DNA of 64,000 nt from Hyphomicrobiaceae bacterium (GTDB taxonomy: Bacteria; Pseudomonadota; Alphaproteobacteria; Rhizobiales; Hyphomicrobiaceae), in the NCBI GenBank assembly GCA_046293075.1, contig JBKBPL010000002.1:82595-146594 (forward strand), in the 5' to 3' direction. The stretch's first letter is position 1. Each line of letters starts with the position of its first letter. This document shows positions 49,835-59,434 of this stretch, in pieces. The position numbers and the translations under genes are program-made. The notes beneath the pieces were generated by a model. The model was not told where the DNA came from, ran no database searches, and was given only the letters and a program-made list of their open reading frames with translations.

Positions 49835-50583
49835 TGGACCGCGCCTGCTCGCCGCTGGTCCACGCGCTCTGCCCTTCGCCGAACTTCGAGCCGCGCCGCG
49901 GCAAGGCCCGCGCCGACATGCTTGTCCTGCACTACACGGGCATGATGAGCGCCGCCCGCGCCATTGCCTGGCTCGCCGAGCCAACGTCGAAGGTGTCCTG
50001 CCACTATGTCGTCGACGAGGCGGGCTGCATCACGCAGATGGTGCCCGAGCGCGCCCGCGCCTGGCACGCGGGCCTCGCCTGCTGGGCCGGTGAGCGCGAT
50101 ATCAACTCGGCCTCAATCGGGATAGAGATCCAAAATCCCGGCCACGACCTCGGCTATCCCGAGTTCACCGACGCGCAGATGACCGCCGTGATTGCGCTTG
50201 CGCGGGACATCATCGCCCGCCACGCAATTCCGCCGACACGCGTGCTCGCGCACTCGGACGTCTCTCCCGGCCGCAAGATCGATCCCGGCGAGAAGTTCGA
50301 TTGGGCAAAACTCCATGCTGCCGGCGTGGGGCATTGGGCGCCGCCGGTGCCGGTCGATTTTGGTGACCTCGGGCTTGGCGTTGGCGATTGCGATCTACTG
50401 ATCGGCGCGACCACCGCCCTTCTTGCCCAATACGGCTATGATATCACGCCGTCCGACACGCTCGACGATACCGCAGCCAAGGTCGTGCGCGCTTTCCAGC
50501 TGCATTTTCGCCCTGCGCGCCCCGATGGTCGTGTCGACCGTTCGACACTTGCGACGCTCCAGGCGCTGATGGCGGCGGCGTAG
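49834..50583 (+). CDS. N-acetylmuramoyl-L-alanine amidase (AmpD/amidase_2) with C-terminal peptidoglycan-binding domain
   Basis: LVLHYTGM...SCHYVVDEAG...RAWHAG...SIGIEIQN...VLAHSDVSPGRKIDPG; C-terminal ...AKVVRAFQLHF. The ATG overlaps the djlA-like stop (TGATG). Confidence 0.85.
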   Translation: MDRACSPLVHALCPSPNFEPRRGKARADMLVLHYTGMMSAARAIAWLAEPTSKVSCHYVVDEAGCITQMVPERARAWHAGLACWAGERDINSASIGIEIQNPGHDLGYPEFTDAQMTAVIALARDIIARHAIPPTRVLAHSDVSPGRKIDPGEKFDWAKLHAAGVGHWAPPVPVDFGDLGLGVGDCDLLIGATTALLAQYGYDITPSDTLDDTAAKVVRAFQLHFRPARPDGRVDRSTLATLQALMAAA

Positions 50584-50708
50584 CCGCTTCGCGAATGGTG
50601 CTGCATCTCTAGCGCGCGCCTTTGGCGCGACCTCGCACCCCAAACGAGGGACACCCCTGGAGCAGCCGTCTTTTGTGAATTGGGAGCGAGCCGCAAGCGC
50701 TACAGGTC

Positions 50709-50737
50709 CCTTCTCCCCGTCCTATACGGGGAGAAGG
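50709..50737. repeat. REP-like GC hairpin CCTTCTCCCCG-tcctata-CGGGGAGAAGG
   Basis: 11-bp perfect stem in the amidase/ettA intergenic region. Confidence 0.65.
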
Positions 50738-50797
50738 TTAGGATGAGGGGCGGGAGCTTGCTCGAACGTCAGCGTATGCCGTCGCCCCTCACCCCGG

Positions 50798-50823
50798 CCC
50801 TCTCCCCGCACGCGGGGAGAGGG
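50798..50823. repeat. REP-like GC hairpin CCCTCTCCCCG-cacg-CGGGGAGAGGG
   Basis: 11-bp perfect stem. The arm is identical to the core of the 25990-26017 hairpin. Confidence 0.7.
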
Positions 50824-50918
50824 GATAGCGGCGATTGCGGCTCGCGTTGCCCCCCGCGCCCGCATCCGCTAAAAGGCGCCCCAACCCCCACATCATCCGC
50901 GACGAGGACCCGCCGGCG

Positions 50919-52577
50919 ATGGCCAACCCGCAATACGTCTATCACATGCACCGCCTCTCGAAGACCTATCCGGGCGGCAAGCAGGTGCTCAAGGACATCA
51001 ACCTCTCCTTCTATCCGGGCGCCAAGATCGGCGTCGTCGGCCCCAACGGCGCGGGCAAGTCGACGCTGCTCAAGATCATGGCCGGTCAACTCGAGGACTA
51101 CACGGGTGAGGCCTGGGCCGCCGAGGGCATCAGCGTCGGCTACCTGCCCCAGGAGCCGGAGCTCGATCCTGAGAAGGACGTGCTTGGGAATGCCATGGAG
51201 GGCGTCGCTGAGAAGAAGGCCATCGTCGATCGCTATAACGAGATCGCAGCCAACTACTCCGATGAGACCGCCGACGAGATGACGGCGCTCCAGGATCAGA
51301 TCGACGCGCAGAACCTCTGGGACCTCGAGGCGCAGGTCGAGCAGGCGCTCGATGCGCTGCGCTGCCCGCCGGGCGACGCCGATGTCACGAAGCTCTCGGG
51401 CGGCGAGAAGCGCCGCGTCGCGCTGACCCGCCTGCTGCTCTCGAAGCCGGACATCCTGCTGCTCGACGAGCCGACGAACCACCTCGATGCCGAGAGCGTG
51501 GCTTGGCTCGAGCGCTTTCTCAAGGAGTACGCCGGCTGCGTGATCCTGGTCACGCACGACCGCTACTTCCTCGACAACATCACCGAGTGGACGCTGGAGC
51601 TCGATCGGGGTCAGGGCGTGCCCTACAAGGGCAACTATTCAAGCTGGCTCGAGCAGAAGGCGAAGCGCCTCGAGGTGGAGAAGGGCCAGGAGGAAGGCCG
51701 CCAGCGCGCGCTCAAGCGCGAGCTCGAATGGATCCGGGCCTCGCCCAAGGCGCGCCAGGCCAAATCCAAGGCGCGCATCCAGGCCTACGAGAAGCTTGCC
51801 GAGGAAGCCGGCCGCGAGGACGTGGGCCGTGCGACCATCTCGATCGCACAAGGGCCACGCCTTGGCGATCTCGTCATTGAGGCTGAGGGGCTCACCAAGG
51901 GGTTCGGTGATCGCCTGCTGATCGACAATCTCTCCTTCAAGCTGCCGCCAGGCGGCATCGTCGGCGTCATCGGCCCGAATGGCGCCGGCAAGACGACGCT
52001 TTTCAAGATGCTGGTCGGCCAGGAGAAGGCGGACAAGGGCAGCATCAAAGTCGGCGATACGGTCAGGATCTCCTACGTCGATCAGTCGCGCGCGCACCTC
52101 GACGACAAGAAGACCGTCTGGGAGGAAATCTCCGGCGGCCTCGACCAGATCAGTCTCGGCGGCAAACGCGAGGTGAACTCGCGCGCCTACTGCGGCTGGT
52201 TCAACTTCAAGGGGCCGGACCAGCAGAAGAAGGTCGGGATGCTCTCGGGCGGCGAGCGCAATCGCGTGCACCTTGCCAAACTCCTGAAGGAGGGCGGCAA
52301 CCTGCTTCTGCTCGACGAGCCGACCAACGACCTCGACACGGAGACGCTGTCGGCCCTCGAAGCGGCGCTCGAAGACTTCGCCGGCTGCGCGGTGATCATC
52401 TCCCACGATCGCTTCTTCCTCGACCGCATCGCGACGCACATCCTCGCCTTCGAGGGCGACAGCCACGTCGAGTGGTTCGAGGGCAACTTCGCGGACTACG
52501 AGGAGGACAAGAAGCGCCGCCTCGGCGATGCTGCCGTCGAGCCGCACCGCATCAAGTTCAAGCGCTTCGAGCGCTGA
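50919..52577 (+). CDS. ettA: Energy-dependent translational throttle protein EttA (ABC-F)
   Basis: [56 protein letters not shown]. Two ABC cassettes ([22 protein letters not shown]). 552 aa. Confidence 0.95.
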   Translation: MANPQYVYHMHRLSKTYPGGKQVLKDINLSFYPGAKIGVVGPNGAGKSTLLKIMAGQLEDYTGEAWAAEGISVGYLPQEPELDPEKDVLGNAMEGVAEKKAIVDRYNEIAANYSDETADEMTALQDQIDAQNLWDLEAQVEQALDALRCPPGDADVTKLSGGEKRRVALTRLLLSKPDILLLDEPTNHLDAESVAWLERFLKEYAGCVILVTHDRYFLDNITEWTLELDRGQGVPYKGNYSSWLEQKAKRLEVEKGQEEGRQRALKRELEWIRASPKARQAKSKARIQAYEKLAEEAGREDVGRATISIAQGPRLGDLVIEAEGLTKGFGDRLLIDNLSFKLPPGGIVGVIGPNGAGKTTLFKMLVGQEKADKGSIKVGDTVRISYVDQSRAHLDDKKTVWEEISGGLDQISLGGKREVNSRAYCGWFNFKGPDQQKKVGMLSGGERNRVHLAKLLKEGGNLLLLDEPTNDLDTETLSALEAALEDFAGCAVIISHDRFFLDRIATHILAFEGDSHVEWFEGNFADYEEDKKRRLGDAAVEPHRIKFKRFER

Positions 52578-52599
52578 GTATGAAGGAACCGGCGCGCGG

Positions 52600-52932
52600 C
52601 TAGTCGACGATGAACAGCTTCGCGCCGGTACGCGTGTATGAGCGATGAGCCGCATCGCCAAGGCTGGAGACCTGGTAGCTCATGCCTGGACGAAGCACAA
52701 AGCGGCGGCCGTCGCGCAGCTCCGTCTCGAGCTCGCCTTCGAGCACGTAGAGTATGTGCCCCCTGTCGCACCAGTGATCGGCAAGATATCCGGGCGTGTA
52801 CGCTACTTGGCGAATGCGCACGTCACCCATCCTGATCGTGCGCCAGATCGCTGTTCCCGTTTCGCCCGGGTGCTCAACTGCAGGGACTTTGCCCCAATCG
52901 GTGATCGTGAAAGGTAGAGCGGGGAGATCCAT
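52600..52932 (-). CDS. Cupin-fold protein (DHCW-motif type)
   Basis: 110 aa. ...GYLADHWCDRGHILYVLEGELETEL.DG... Start taken at the ATG at 52932. Confidence 0.65.
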   Translation of the reverse strand: MDLPALPFTITDWGKVPAVEHPGETGTAIWRTIRMGDVRIRQVAYTPGYLADHWCDRGHILYVLEGELETELRDGRRFVLRPGMSYQVSSLGDAAHRSYTRTGAKLFIVD

Positions 52933-52964
52933 CGGAGTGGCCCTTGACTGTTCGGCGCCATCGC

Positions 52965-53720
52965 TCACACCACGAGCGAGATCAGTGTCGTCTGCTCCAG
53001 CGTGTCGCCGAACCAAGCGGTGATTGCGGCCTTGCGCTTGCCAATATACGTCGGCTTTCCGTCGCTCAGGACCATGGGCACGTCATGCCCCGGCACCAGC
53101 AATGTGTTCGGCTTCTTCCGCCAGAGTGTCCACATGAGCTCGATCGACGCACGGGTGACCGCCGCATCGTACGTCATGTCGGCTTCGAGGGTGGTGAGCT
53201 CGACCCGGTTCTTGGCGGCATCGCCGGTGAAGATGACGTCGCGCTCGCCGCCCGCGATCGTGAAGATGAGATGACCCGGCGTGTGCCCCGGCGCGTGATG
53301 GCTCACGATGCCCGGCAGCACCTCGCTTCCCGGCATCACGCGCACGAGCTGCGGCGAGCGGGCCAGTTCGCGCACGTAGAGCTCCGGCACCGGCGATGTG
53401 CCCCAAGGCTCCTTGAGCGACCAGTCGAGCTCGCCGGCGCCAATGTGGACGCGCGCCTTGGGGAACATGATCCAGTTCACCGAGTGGTCGTGATGCGCGT
53501 GCGTGAGGATCACGTCCGTGACGTCGCCCGGCGCGAGGCCGCGCGCGGCGAGCTGCTTCTGGATGAGCGAACGCTGACCGAAGGAACCGACATCGACGAG
53601 CGCGACGCGTCCCTCGCCGCGCAGCAGCGCGATCGTGCTCCAGCCGAGGCTGCCGTGACAGACCGACTTCCCCGGATAGCCGGTCACGAGGATGTCGAGG
53701 TTGTAGCGCCCGAATTTCAT
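52965..53720 (-). CDS. MBL-fold metallo-hydrolase
   Basis: THAHHDHSVNW (HxHxDH), HAPGHTPGH, TGDAA, VPGHD. Confidence 0.85.
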   Translation of the reverse strand: MKFGRYNLDILVTGYPGKSVCHGSLGWSTIALLRGEGRVALVDVGSFGQRSLIQKQLAARGLAPGDVTDVILTHAHHDHSVNWIMFPKARVHIGAGELDWSLKEPWGTSPVPELYVRELARSPQLVRVMPGSEVLPGIVSHHAPGHTPGHLIFTIAGGERDVIFTGDAAKNRVELTTLEADMTYDAAVTRASIELMWTLWRKKPNTLLVPGHDVPMVLSDGKPTYIGKRKAAITAWFGDTLEQTTLISLVV

Positions 53721-53732
53721 GATGACACGGCT

Positions 53733-54707
53733 CTATTGAGTGAGCACGATCTTGCCGAAGTGCTCATTGGCCTTCATCCGCGCGAGCGCTTCCGCGGCCT
53801 GCTCGAGCGGATACGTCTTGTCAATCGGCAGAGCGAGCTTGCCGGACTCGACGGCATCCCAGAGATCGACACGCATCAGGCGGTTGATCTCGCGCACTTC
53901 CTCGACGGAGCGCGTCCGGAAGGTCACGCCGATGTAGTCGATGCGCTTCAGGGCATGGAGGTCGAAGTCGAACGCGCCGGTGAAGCCGCCGAGCCGGCCA
54001 ACGTTGACGATGCGGCCGAGCACCTTGGCCGCCTTGAGATTGCCGTTGGCAACGGGTGCTGAGATCTGGTCGATGATCACGTCGACGCCCTTGCCGTCGG
54101 TCGCTTTGACGACGGCTTCCGGCCAGATGGGATCCGTCGTGTCGACCGCCACGTCGGCACCGAACGCGTTGAGCCGCGCGCGCCGGCCGGCATTCGTCGA
54201 CGAGCCGAGCACCAAGCCGGCGCCAAGGTGCTTGGCGATCTGCAGTCCCATGAGCCCGACGCCGGAGCTCGCACCTTGGATCAGGATGCTCTCCCCTTTC
54301 TTCAGGCGGCCCGCAGTCACGATGGCGTTATGCATGGTCTGCAAGGCGACGGGGAGCGTCGCAGCCTGCGTGTAGGTCATGTTGTTTGCTGGGATCTTGG
54401 CGACGCGGCCGTAATCCGTGACGGCGTACTCGGCGTAGCCCGCGCTGCCCGAGCACATCACCCGGTCGCCCGCCTTGATGCCGCTCACCTGGCTGCCGAC
54501 CTCGACCACCTCACCGGCGAACTCGAGCCCGAGGATGGCCCCGGCGCCGCCATGGGGCCCGTGCGGCCGGCCGGATGCCATGATCAGATCGGCGCGATTG
54601 AGCCCGCTCGCCCGCACCCGCACGAGTACCTGCGTCGGGCCCGGTGTGGGCCTTGGCACCTCGCGCACCTCGACGCCGGACGCGCCGACGACCACAGCCT
54701 TCATCAT
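53733..54707 (-). CDS. Zinc-type alcohol dehydrogenase superfamily, NADPH:quinone oxidoreductase-like
   Basis: MMKAVVV...VLVRVRASGLNRADL...LIQGASSGVGLMGLQIAKHLGA...GKIVL. Confidence 0.85.
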   Translation of the reverse strand: MMKAVVVGASGVEVREVPRPTPGPTQVLVRVRASGLNRADLIMASGRPHGPHGGAGAILGLEFAGEVVEVGSQVSGIKAGDRVMCSGSAGYAEYAVTDYGRVAKIPANNMTYTQAATLPVALQTMHNAIVTAGRLKKGESILIQGASSGVGLMGLQIAKHLGAGLVLGSSTNAGRRARLNAFGADVAVDTTDPIWPEAVVKATDGKGVDVIIDQISAPVANGNLKAAKVLGRIVNVGRLGGFTGAFDFDLHALKRIDYIGVTFRTRSVEEVREINRLMRVDLWDAVESGKLALPIDKTYPLEQAAEALARMKANEHFGKIVLTQ

Positions 54708-54844
54708 GTCGCTTCCTCCGCGATCCGATCCTGCTGCCTTTTCGGCTTGGCGATGATGATACCCGATTGGCGCCGCGCGGTAAGGCCTGCCGGACCTGGT
54801 GCACGATATTGCCCGCGTCTGAAGCGCGCCTGCAGGGGACCGGG

Positions 54845-56698
54845 TCAGCGCTCGGCGTGCCACCACGTATCGACGCTGAAGCCGAAGAGCGTCGGGCGGG
54901 GTGCCGGCTGGAGGTGGGCCCAATAGGCCACCCACTGCCGTCGCGCATGAAAAAGCGGGATGACGTAGTCCCCGGAGAGGAGCGCGCGGTCGAGCGCGCG
55001 CACGGCCGCCTCAAACGCCTCCCGCTCTTCAGCCTTGAGTAGGGCCTCGATCATGGCATCGACGGCAGGGTTCTTCACGCCCGGGTAGTTGAGCGAGCGC
55101 TCAATGTCGGCTGCGGCGCTCCCCCAGCGATTGACTTGCTCGTTGCCCGGTGACAGCGAGGCCGGCCAGTTTGCCTGGATCATGTCGAAGTCGAAGGTTC
55201 TGAGCCGCTCCTGGTACTGAGAGCTGTCCACCTGCCGGACGCGTGCGTCGATGCCGATCCGCTTCAGCGTACTGGTAAAGCTCAGCATGAGGCGTTCTTG
55301 CGCCCGCGTCGCGGCCAGAATCTCGAAACTGAGCGCGCGCCCGTCAGCCGCCTGCATGCGTCCGCGCTGAAGCGCGAATCCCGCCTCCTTGAGAAGGGCA
55401 ACACTGCGCGAAAGGTTCTCCCGGTTGTAACCGCTCCCATCGCTTACGGGGAGCCGCCACGTTCCGTCGAGCACGTCGGGCTTGATCAGCTCGGCAAAGG
55501 GCGCGAGCAGCGCCCGCTCGCGCGCATCGGCCGGTCGCCCCGTCGAGGCCAAAGCCGAGCGCTCGAAGTAGCTTTGCGTGCGTGTGAACCCCCCGTGATA
55601 CAGATTGCCGTTGATCCATTCGAAATCGAAGATCTGGATCAGCGCTCGACGCACGCGCACGTCTGTGAAGGGCCAGCGCCGCGTATTGAAGGCGAACGCG
55701 GCCATGCCCGCTGGCACGCCGACATCGAATTCGGCAATCTTCACGCGGCCCTCAGCGACCGCGGGTATTGACCTCCCCTCGGCCCAACGCGCGGGATCCT
55801 CCTCGGGCCGCAGCGAGATCTGCCCGCTCTTGAAGGCCTCGAAAAGCGCTGTCGCATCCCGGTAGTAGTCGAAGCGCACTTCATCGAAGTTGAAGCGGCC
55901 GCGATTGATCGGCAGATCGCGGCCCCACCAGTCCGGATTGCGGCGGTAGGTGATCGTTCGGCCGGCTTCAAGCGATCCGACGACATAAGGGCCACTACCG
56001 ATCGGAATCTCGAGCGATGTCTGCTCGAAGGTCGCCGCGTCGATGCGGTGCTTCGGCAGGATGGGCATCAGGCCCAAGAGAAGCGGCGCCTCGCGATTGC
56101 CGTGATCTTCGAAATCGAACCGGATCGCATTCGGCGGCTGGATTTCCGCCTTGGCGACAGTCCGGTAGTGGGCACGCATGTAGGGCGGCCCCTTGTCCTT
56201 GAGCTGCTCCCACGAGAAAAGCACGTCGTCAGGCGTGACAGGCCGGCCATCGGAGAAGCGCGCACGCGGGTCAATATGAAAGACGATGTAGCTGCGGTCG
56301 CGCGGGATCTCGATCGTCTTGGCGATGAGGCCGTAAAGGGAGAAGGGCTCGTCGAGCGAGCGCCCCAGCAGGCTCTCGTACACGTAGTCGCGCAGCCCGG
56401 CAGCGGCGACGCCCCGGATGATGAACGGCGTGAGGCTGTCGAAGGTCCCGTGCTGGCCGAGCACGATCCGCCCACCCTTCGGGGCGCTGGGATTGACATA
56501 GGGGAGATGCGGATAATCCGGCGGCAGCGCCGGCGCCCCGTGCATGGCAATGCCGTGCTGGGGCTCTGCGGCGACGGGCGCGGCCCCCACCGCCAAAGCG
56601 GGCAGCATCGCCAAAAGGAGCCTCAACGCCGCAGCCCCGCGACCGAGACGCCCCAAGCCTGCGCCTGTGCTCGGCTTTTCTGTTGCCCTCCAACCCAT
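54845..56698 (-). CDS. ABC-transporter substrate-binding protein, family 5 (YejA-like peptide/opine type)
   Basis: Signal peptide ...LLLAMLPALAVGAAPVAAEP, then HGIAMHGAPALPPDYPHLPYVNPSAPKGG...FSDGRPVTPDDVLFSWE. About 617 aa. Confidence 0.85.
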   Translation of the reverse strand: MGWRATEKPSTGAGLGRLGRGAAALRLLLAMLPALAVGAAPVAAEPQHGIAMHGAPALPPDYPHLPYVNPSAPKGGRIVLGQHGTFDSLTPFIIRGVAAAGLRDYVYESLLGRSLDEPFSLYGLIAKTIEIPRDRSYIVFHIDPRARFSDGRPVTPDDVLFSWEQLKDKGPPYMRAHYRTVAKAEIQPPNAIRFDFEDHGNREAPLLLGLMPILPKHRIDAATFEQTSLEIPIGSGPYVVGSLEAGRTITYRRNPDWWGRDLPINRGRFNFDEVRFDYYRDATALFEAFKSGQISLRPEEDPARWAEGRSIPAVAEGRVKIAEFDVGVPAGMAAFAFNTRRWPFTDVRVRRALIQIFDFEWINGNLYHGGFTRTQSYFERSALASTGRPADARERALLAPFAELIKPDVLDGTWRLPVSDGSGYNRENLSRSVALLKEAGFALQRGRMQAADGRALSFEILAATRAQERLMLSFTSTLKRIGIDARVRQVDSSQYQERLRTFDFDMIQANWPASLSPGNEQVNRWGSAAADIERSLNYPGVKNPAVDAMIEALLKAEEREAFEAAVRALDRALLSGDYVIPLFHARRQWVAYWAHLQPAPRPTLFGFSVDTWWHAER

Positions 56699-57042
56699 GC
56701 CGCGACACATGCACGCTGAACACGGCGGGATCAAGTCTGGCGGCACCACACCTTGGAACGGCTAGAATTTGCCGGGTCCGGTGGATGATTGCTGCACGCG
56801 CGATCAGGATGTTGCCGTTGCCTGAGCGCCACGGTATGGCCGGCTTCACCTGTGCACGAGGACGCAGGCGCGGGACCACGTCACGGGAATGCCGTATTCA
56901 GCCCCTTAGTGCCGAGGCAACAGGCGATAGTGGGGACGGGCGACGGCGCCGGAGCGCCGCTGATCGTCACCGGTCAGCCAGGCTTGACCATCGAGGGAAG
57001 AATGGCGGCGCGGCCGCTCTGCTGGACGAGGGTTCGAGGACA

Positions 57043-57870
57043 ATGATCGAGACGACTCGGGTTAAGGGATGGCTGTCGCACGGTGCACGTGCTGTGACTG
57101 TCGCCGCCTGCGCGCTTGTCATCGCAACGGGCGCGGCGCTGGCGCAGCAGCCGCCCAAGAAGGACCAGAAGGCCAAGGCGGCCCCGGCGAAGAAGGAGCA
57201 GCCGGCCCAGGGTGCAGAGGCTCCGCAGAGTGCATGGGTCAAGCTCTGCGAGAAGTCGCCCATCGTGCTCCGCGACAAGGAAGGCAAGCCGACCCGGGAG
57301 CAGCGCAACATCTGCCTCACGCACCACGAGCGGCTCGACGGGAACACGGGTCTCGTGCTCGTGTCAGCCGCGCTGCGGCAGGTGGAGGGCGAGGAAAAGC
57401 AGCACCTGATGATCATGGTGCCGCTCGGCATGGCGATCGGCCCAGGTCTGCGCGCCACCATCTATAACGCCGAACAGTGGGACAAGATCCAGAAGAACGA
57501 GAAGTTCGACGACAGCAAGCTCGAGCCTATCAAGTTCAGCTACTCGCTCTGTCACCCGGCGGGCTGCACGGCTGAGATCGAGGCCAGCAAGGCGATCATC
57601 GATGGGTTCAGGACCGGTGCGGGCGTCATGGTGCTCGCGATCAACGCGCAGGGGCAGGTTGTCGCCTTCCCGGTGCCGCTGGTCGGCTTCAAGGAGGCCC
57701 TCGATGGCCAGCCCATCGACAACCAGAAGTACTCCGAGGCGCGCAAGGCGCTGATGACGCAGATCGCCCAGCGCCAGCAGCAGCTCGCCGAGGAGGCGCG
57801 CAAGCGTCAGGCCGAGGCAGCGGCTGCCGGGAAGGACGGCAAGGCTCCCGCTCCCGCCCAGAAGAAGTAG
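57043..57870 (+). CDS. Invasion-associated locus B (IalB) family exported protein
   Basis: Signal peptide, Lys/Pro/Ala-rich linker, then SAWVKLCEK...ICLTHHERLDGNTG...HLMIMVPLGM...SYSLCHPAGCTAE. Basic coiled C-terminal tail. Confidence 0.7.
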   Translation: MIETTRVKGWLSHGARAVTVAACALVIATGAALAQQPPKKDQKAKAAPAKKEQPAQGAEAPQSAWVKLCEKSPIVLRDKEGKPTREQRNICLTHHERLDGNTGLVLVSAALRQVEGEEKQHLMIMVPLGMAIGPGLRATIYNAEQWDKIQKNEKFDDSKLEPIKFSYSLCHPAGCTAEIEASKAIIDGFRTGAGVMVLAINAQGQVVAFPVPLVGFKEALDGQPIDNQKYSEARKALMTQIAQRQQQLAEEARKRQAEAAAAGKDGKAPAPAQKK

Positions 57871-58094
57871 GGCCTGGATTTGATTGGCAGGCCGACGCGA
57901 CGCGCAATCGCGTGTCAGATCGTGTCGGCGACGTTACCGCCAGCGGTTCTGGCTTCTCTGCGCGTCAGCCCGCTAGCGATCCGAAAGCCGTCTCAATAGC
58001 CTCTCGGGCCGCTTGCCAAAATGCAGGCGGCTCGACCTATTGGAGCGGCAACGGCTGAACAGCGTCGGCCGACCGGCGCGCTACAGGCCAAAGT

Positions 58095-58232
58095 TCATGC
58101 CCGTCCCCCAGCCTCCTTGCGTGCAACCATGAGGACGGTCGCCCCCCGCTCAAGCAGTGCAGTGGAGATTGCGTAGCCAATGCCCGAGCTCGCACCCGTG
58201 ACAAGGGCCAGTTGGCTCGCCAGAGAGGACAC
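58095..58232 (-). pseudogene. Remnant of an SDR gene (N-terminal about 45 codons only)
   Basis: The minus-strand frame reads VSSLASQLALVTGASSGIGYAISTALLERGATVLMVARKEAGGRA*. The TGxxxGxG Rossmann motif is intact but a stop follows at codon 46 and no SDR-like sequence continues in any frame. Too short for the ORF track. Confidence 0.45.
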
Positions 58233-58270
58233 ACGGCACCTCGGATCAGGCTGCTGCGCTCGGGACTTCC

Positions 58271-58324
58271 AAAAAAAATAAGCTTACGGCGGCGACGGGC
58301 CTCGTTCAAGGAAACGCGCGCCGT
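58271..58324 (-). terminator. Possible ychF terminator (imperfect stem followed by U8)
   Basis: Minus strand: ACGGCG..GCG...CGC..CGCCGT, then GUAAGCUUAUUUUUUUU. The stem is interrupted and the loop is long. Confidence 0.35.
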
Positions 58325-58334
58325 GGCGTCCCGC

Positions 58335-59432
58335 TCACGTCGCGAATCGGAAGTGCATGACGTCGCCATCCTGGACGACGTACTCCTTGCCCTCGAGGCG
58401 CATCTTACCGGCCTCGCGACTGCCGGCTTCGCCGTTGTAGGCCACGTAGTCGGCGAAGGCGATTGTCTCGGCCCGGATGAACCCCTTCTCGAAGTCTGTA
58501 TGGATGACGCCGGCGGCCTGAGGCGCGCGGGTACCACGCACGACGGTCCAGGCGCGTGCCTCCTTGGGGCCCACCGTAAAGAACGTCACGAGATCGAGCA
58601 GGCTGTAGCCGGCGCGAATGAGACGGTTGAGGCCAGGCTCCTCGAGCCCCATCTCGCCAAGGAAAGCCTGCCGCTCGTCGGCAGCGAGTCCTGCCAGCTC
58701 CGCTTCGATCTTGGCGGAGATGATGACCACTGCCGCACCCTCCGCCTTTGCGCGCTCGGCAACGGCCGCCGAGTAGCTGTTGCCGGAGGCTGCGGAGGCC
58801 TCATCGACGTTGCAGACATAGAGGACGGGCTTCGCCGTGAGCAGTTGCAGGGCGCGGAACGCCGCGCGGTCCTCCTCGGGAACGACCGCGGACCGTGCCG
58901 GCTTGCCCTCGCGGAGCGGAGCCAGCGCGAGTTGCATGAGCGCCGCCTGGGCCGCGGCGTCCTTGTCGCCGCTCTTGGCGCGCTTCTCGACGGTCGCAAG
59001 ACGGCGCTCCAAACTCTCCATGTCGGCGAGCATCAGCTCCGTTTCGACCACTTCGGCGTCGGTCAGTGGGTCAATCCGGTTGGCGACGTGGGTGACATCG
59101 TCATCGTCGAAGCAGCGCAGAACGTAGGCAATGGCATCGACCTCACGGATGTGGGCGAGAAATTTGTTGCCGAGACCCTCGCCGCGTGAGGCGCCTTTCA
59201 CGAGCCCGGCAATGTCGACAAACGTCAGGCGGGTCGGGATGGTCTGGCCGGACTTGGCGATCGCAGCAAGCGCATCGAGACGCGGGTCCGGCACGCCGAC
59301 CTCGCCGACGTTCGGCTCGATGGTACAGAAGGGATAGTTCGCCGCCTCGGCGGCGGCGGTCTGCGTGAGCGCATTGAAAAGGGTGGACTTGCCAACATTG
59401 GGCAAGCCGACAATCCCGCATTTGAATCCCAT
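58335..59432 (-). CDS. ychF: Redox-regulated ribosome-associated ATPase YchF
   Basis: [23 protein letters not shown]...[10 protein letters not shown]...[19 protein letters not shown]. 365 aa. Confidence 0.95.
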   Translation of the reverse strand: MGFKCGIVGLPNVGKSTLFNALTQTAAAEAANYPFCTIEPNVGEVGVPDPRLDALAAIAKSGQTIPTRLTFVDIAGLVKGASRGEGLGNKFLAHIREVDAIAYVLRCFDDDDVTHVANRIDPLTDAEVVETELMLADMESLERRLATVEKRAKSGDKDAAAQAALMQLALAPLREGKPARSAVVPEEDRAAFRALQLLTAKPVLYVCNVDEASAASGNSYSAAVAERAKAEGAAVVIISAKIEAELAGLAADERQAFLGEMGLEEPGLNRLIRAGYSLLDLVTFFTVGPKEARAWTVVRGTRAPQAAGVIHTDFEKGFIRAETIAFADYVAYNGEAGSREAGKMRLEGKEYVVQDGDVMHFRFAT

Positions 59433-59434
59433 GA

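Noticed and set aside
50680-51282. A 200-aa ORF spanning the amidase/ettA spacer and the 5' part of ettA.
   Set aside because: Its N-terminal part is the translation of the two REP-like hairpins (LSPHAGRGD-type artefact). The rest is out of frame with the strongly supported ettA gene.
58037-58537. A 166-aa minus-strand ORF overlapping the 3' end of ychF and the spacer.
   Set aside because: It is out of frame with ychF, Arg/Ser/Pro-rich, and has no RBS or motifs. The only coding-like signal in the spacer is the short SDR remnant, which is in a different frame.
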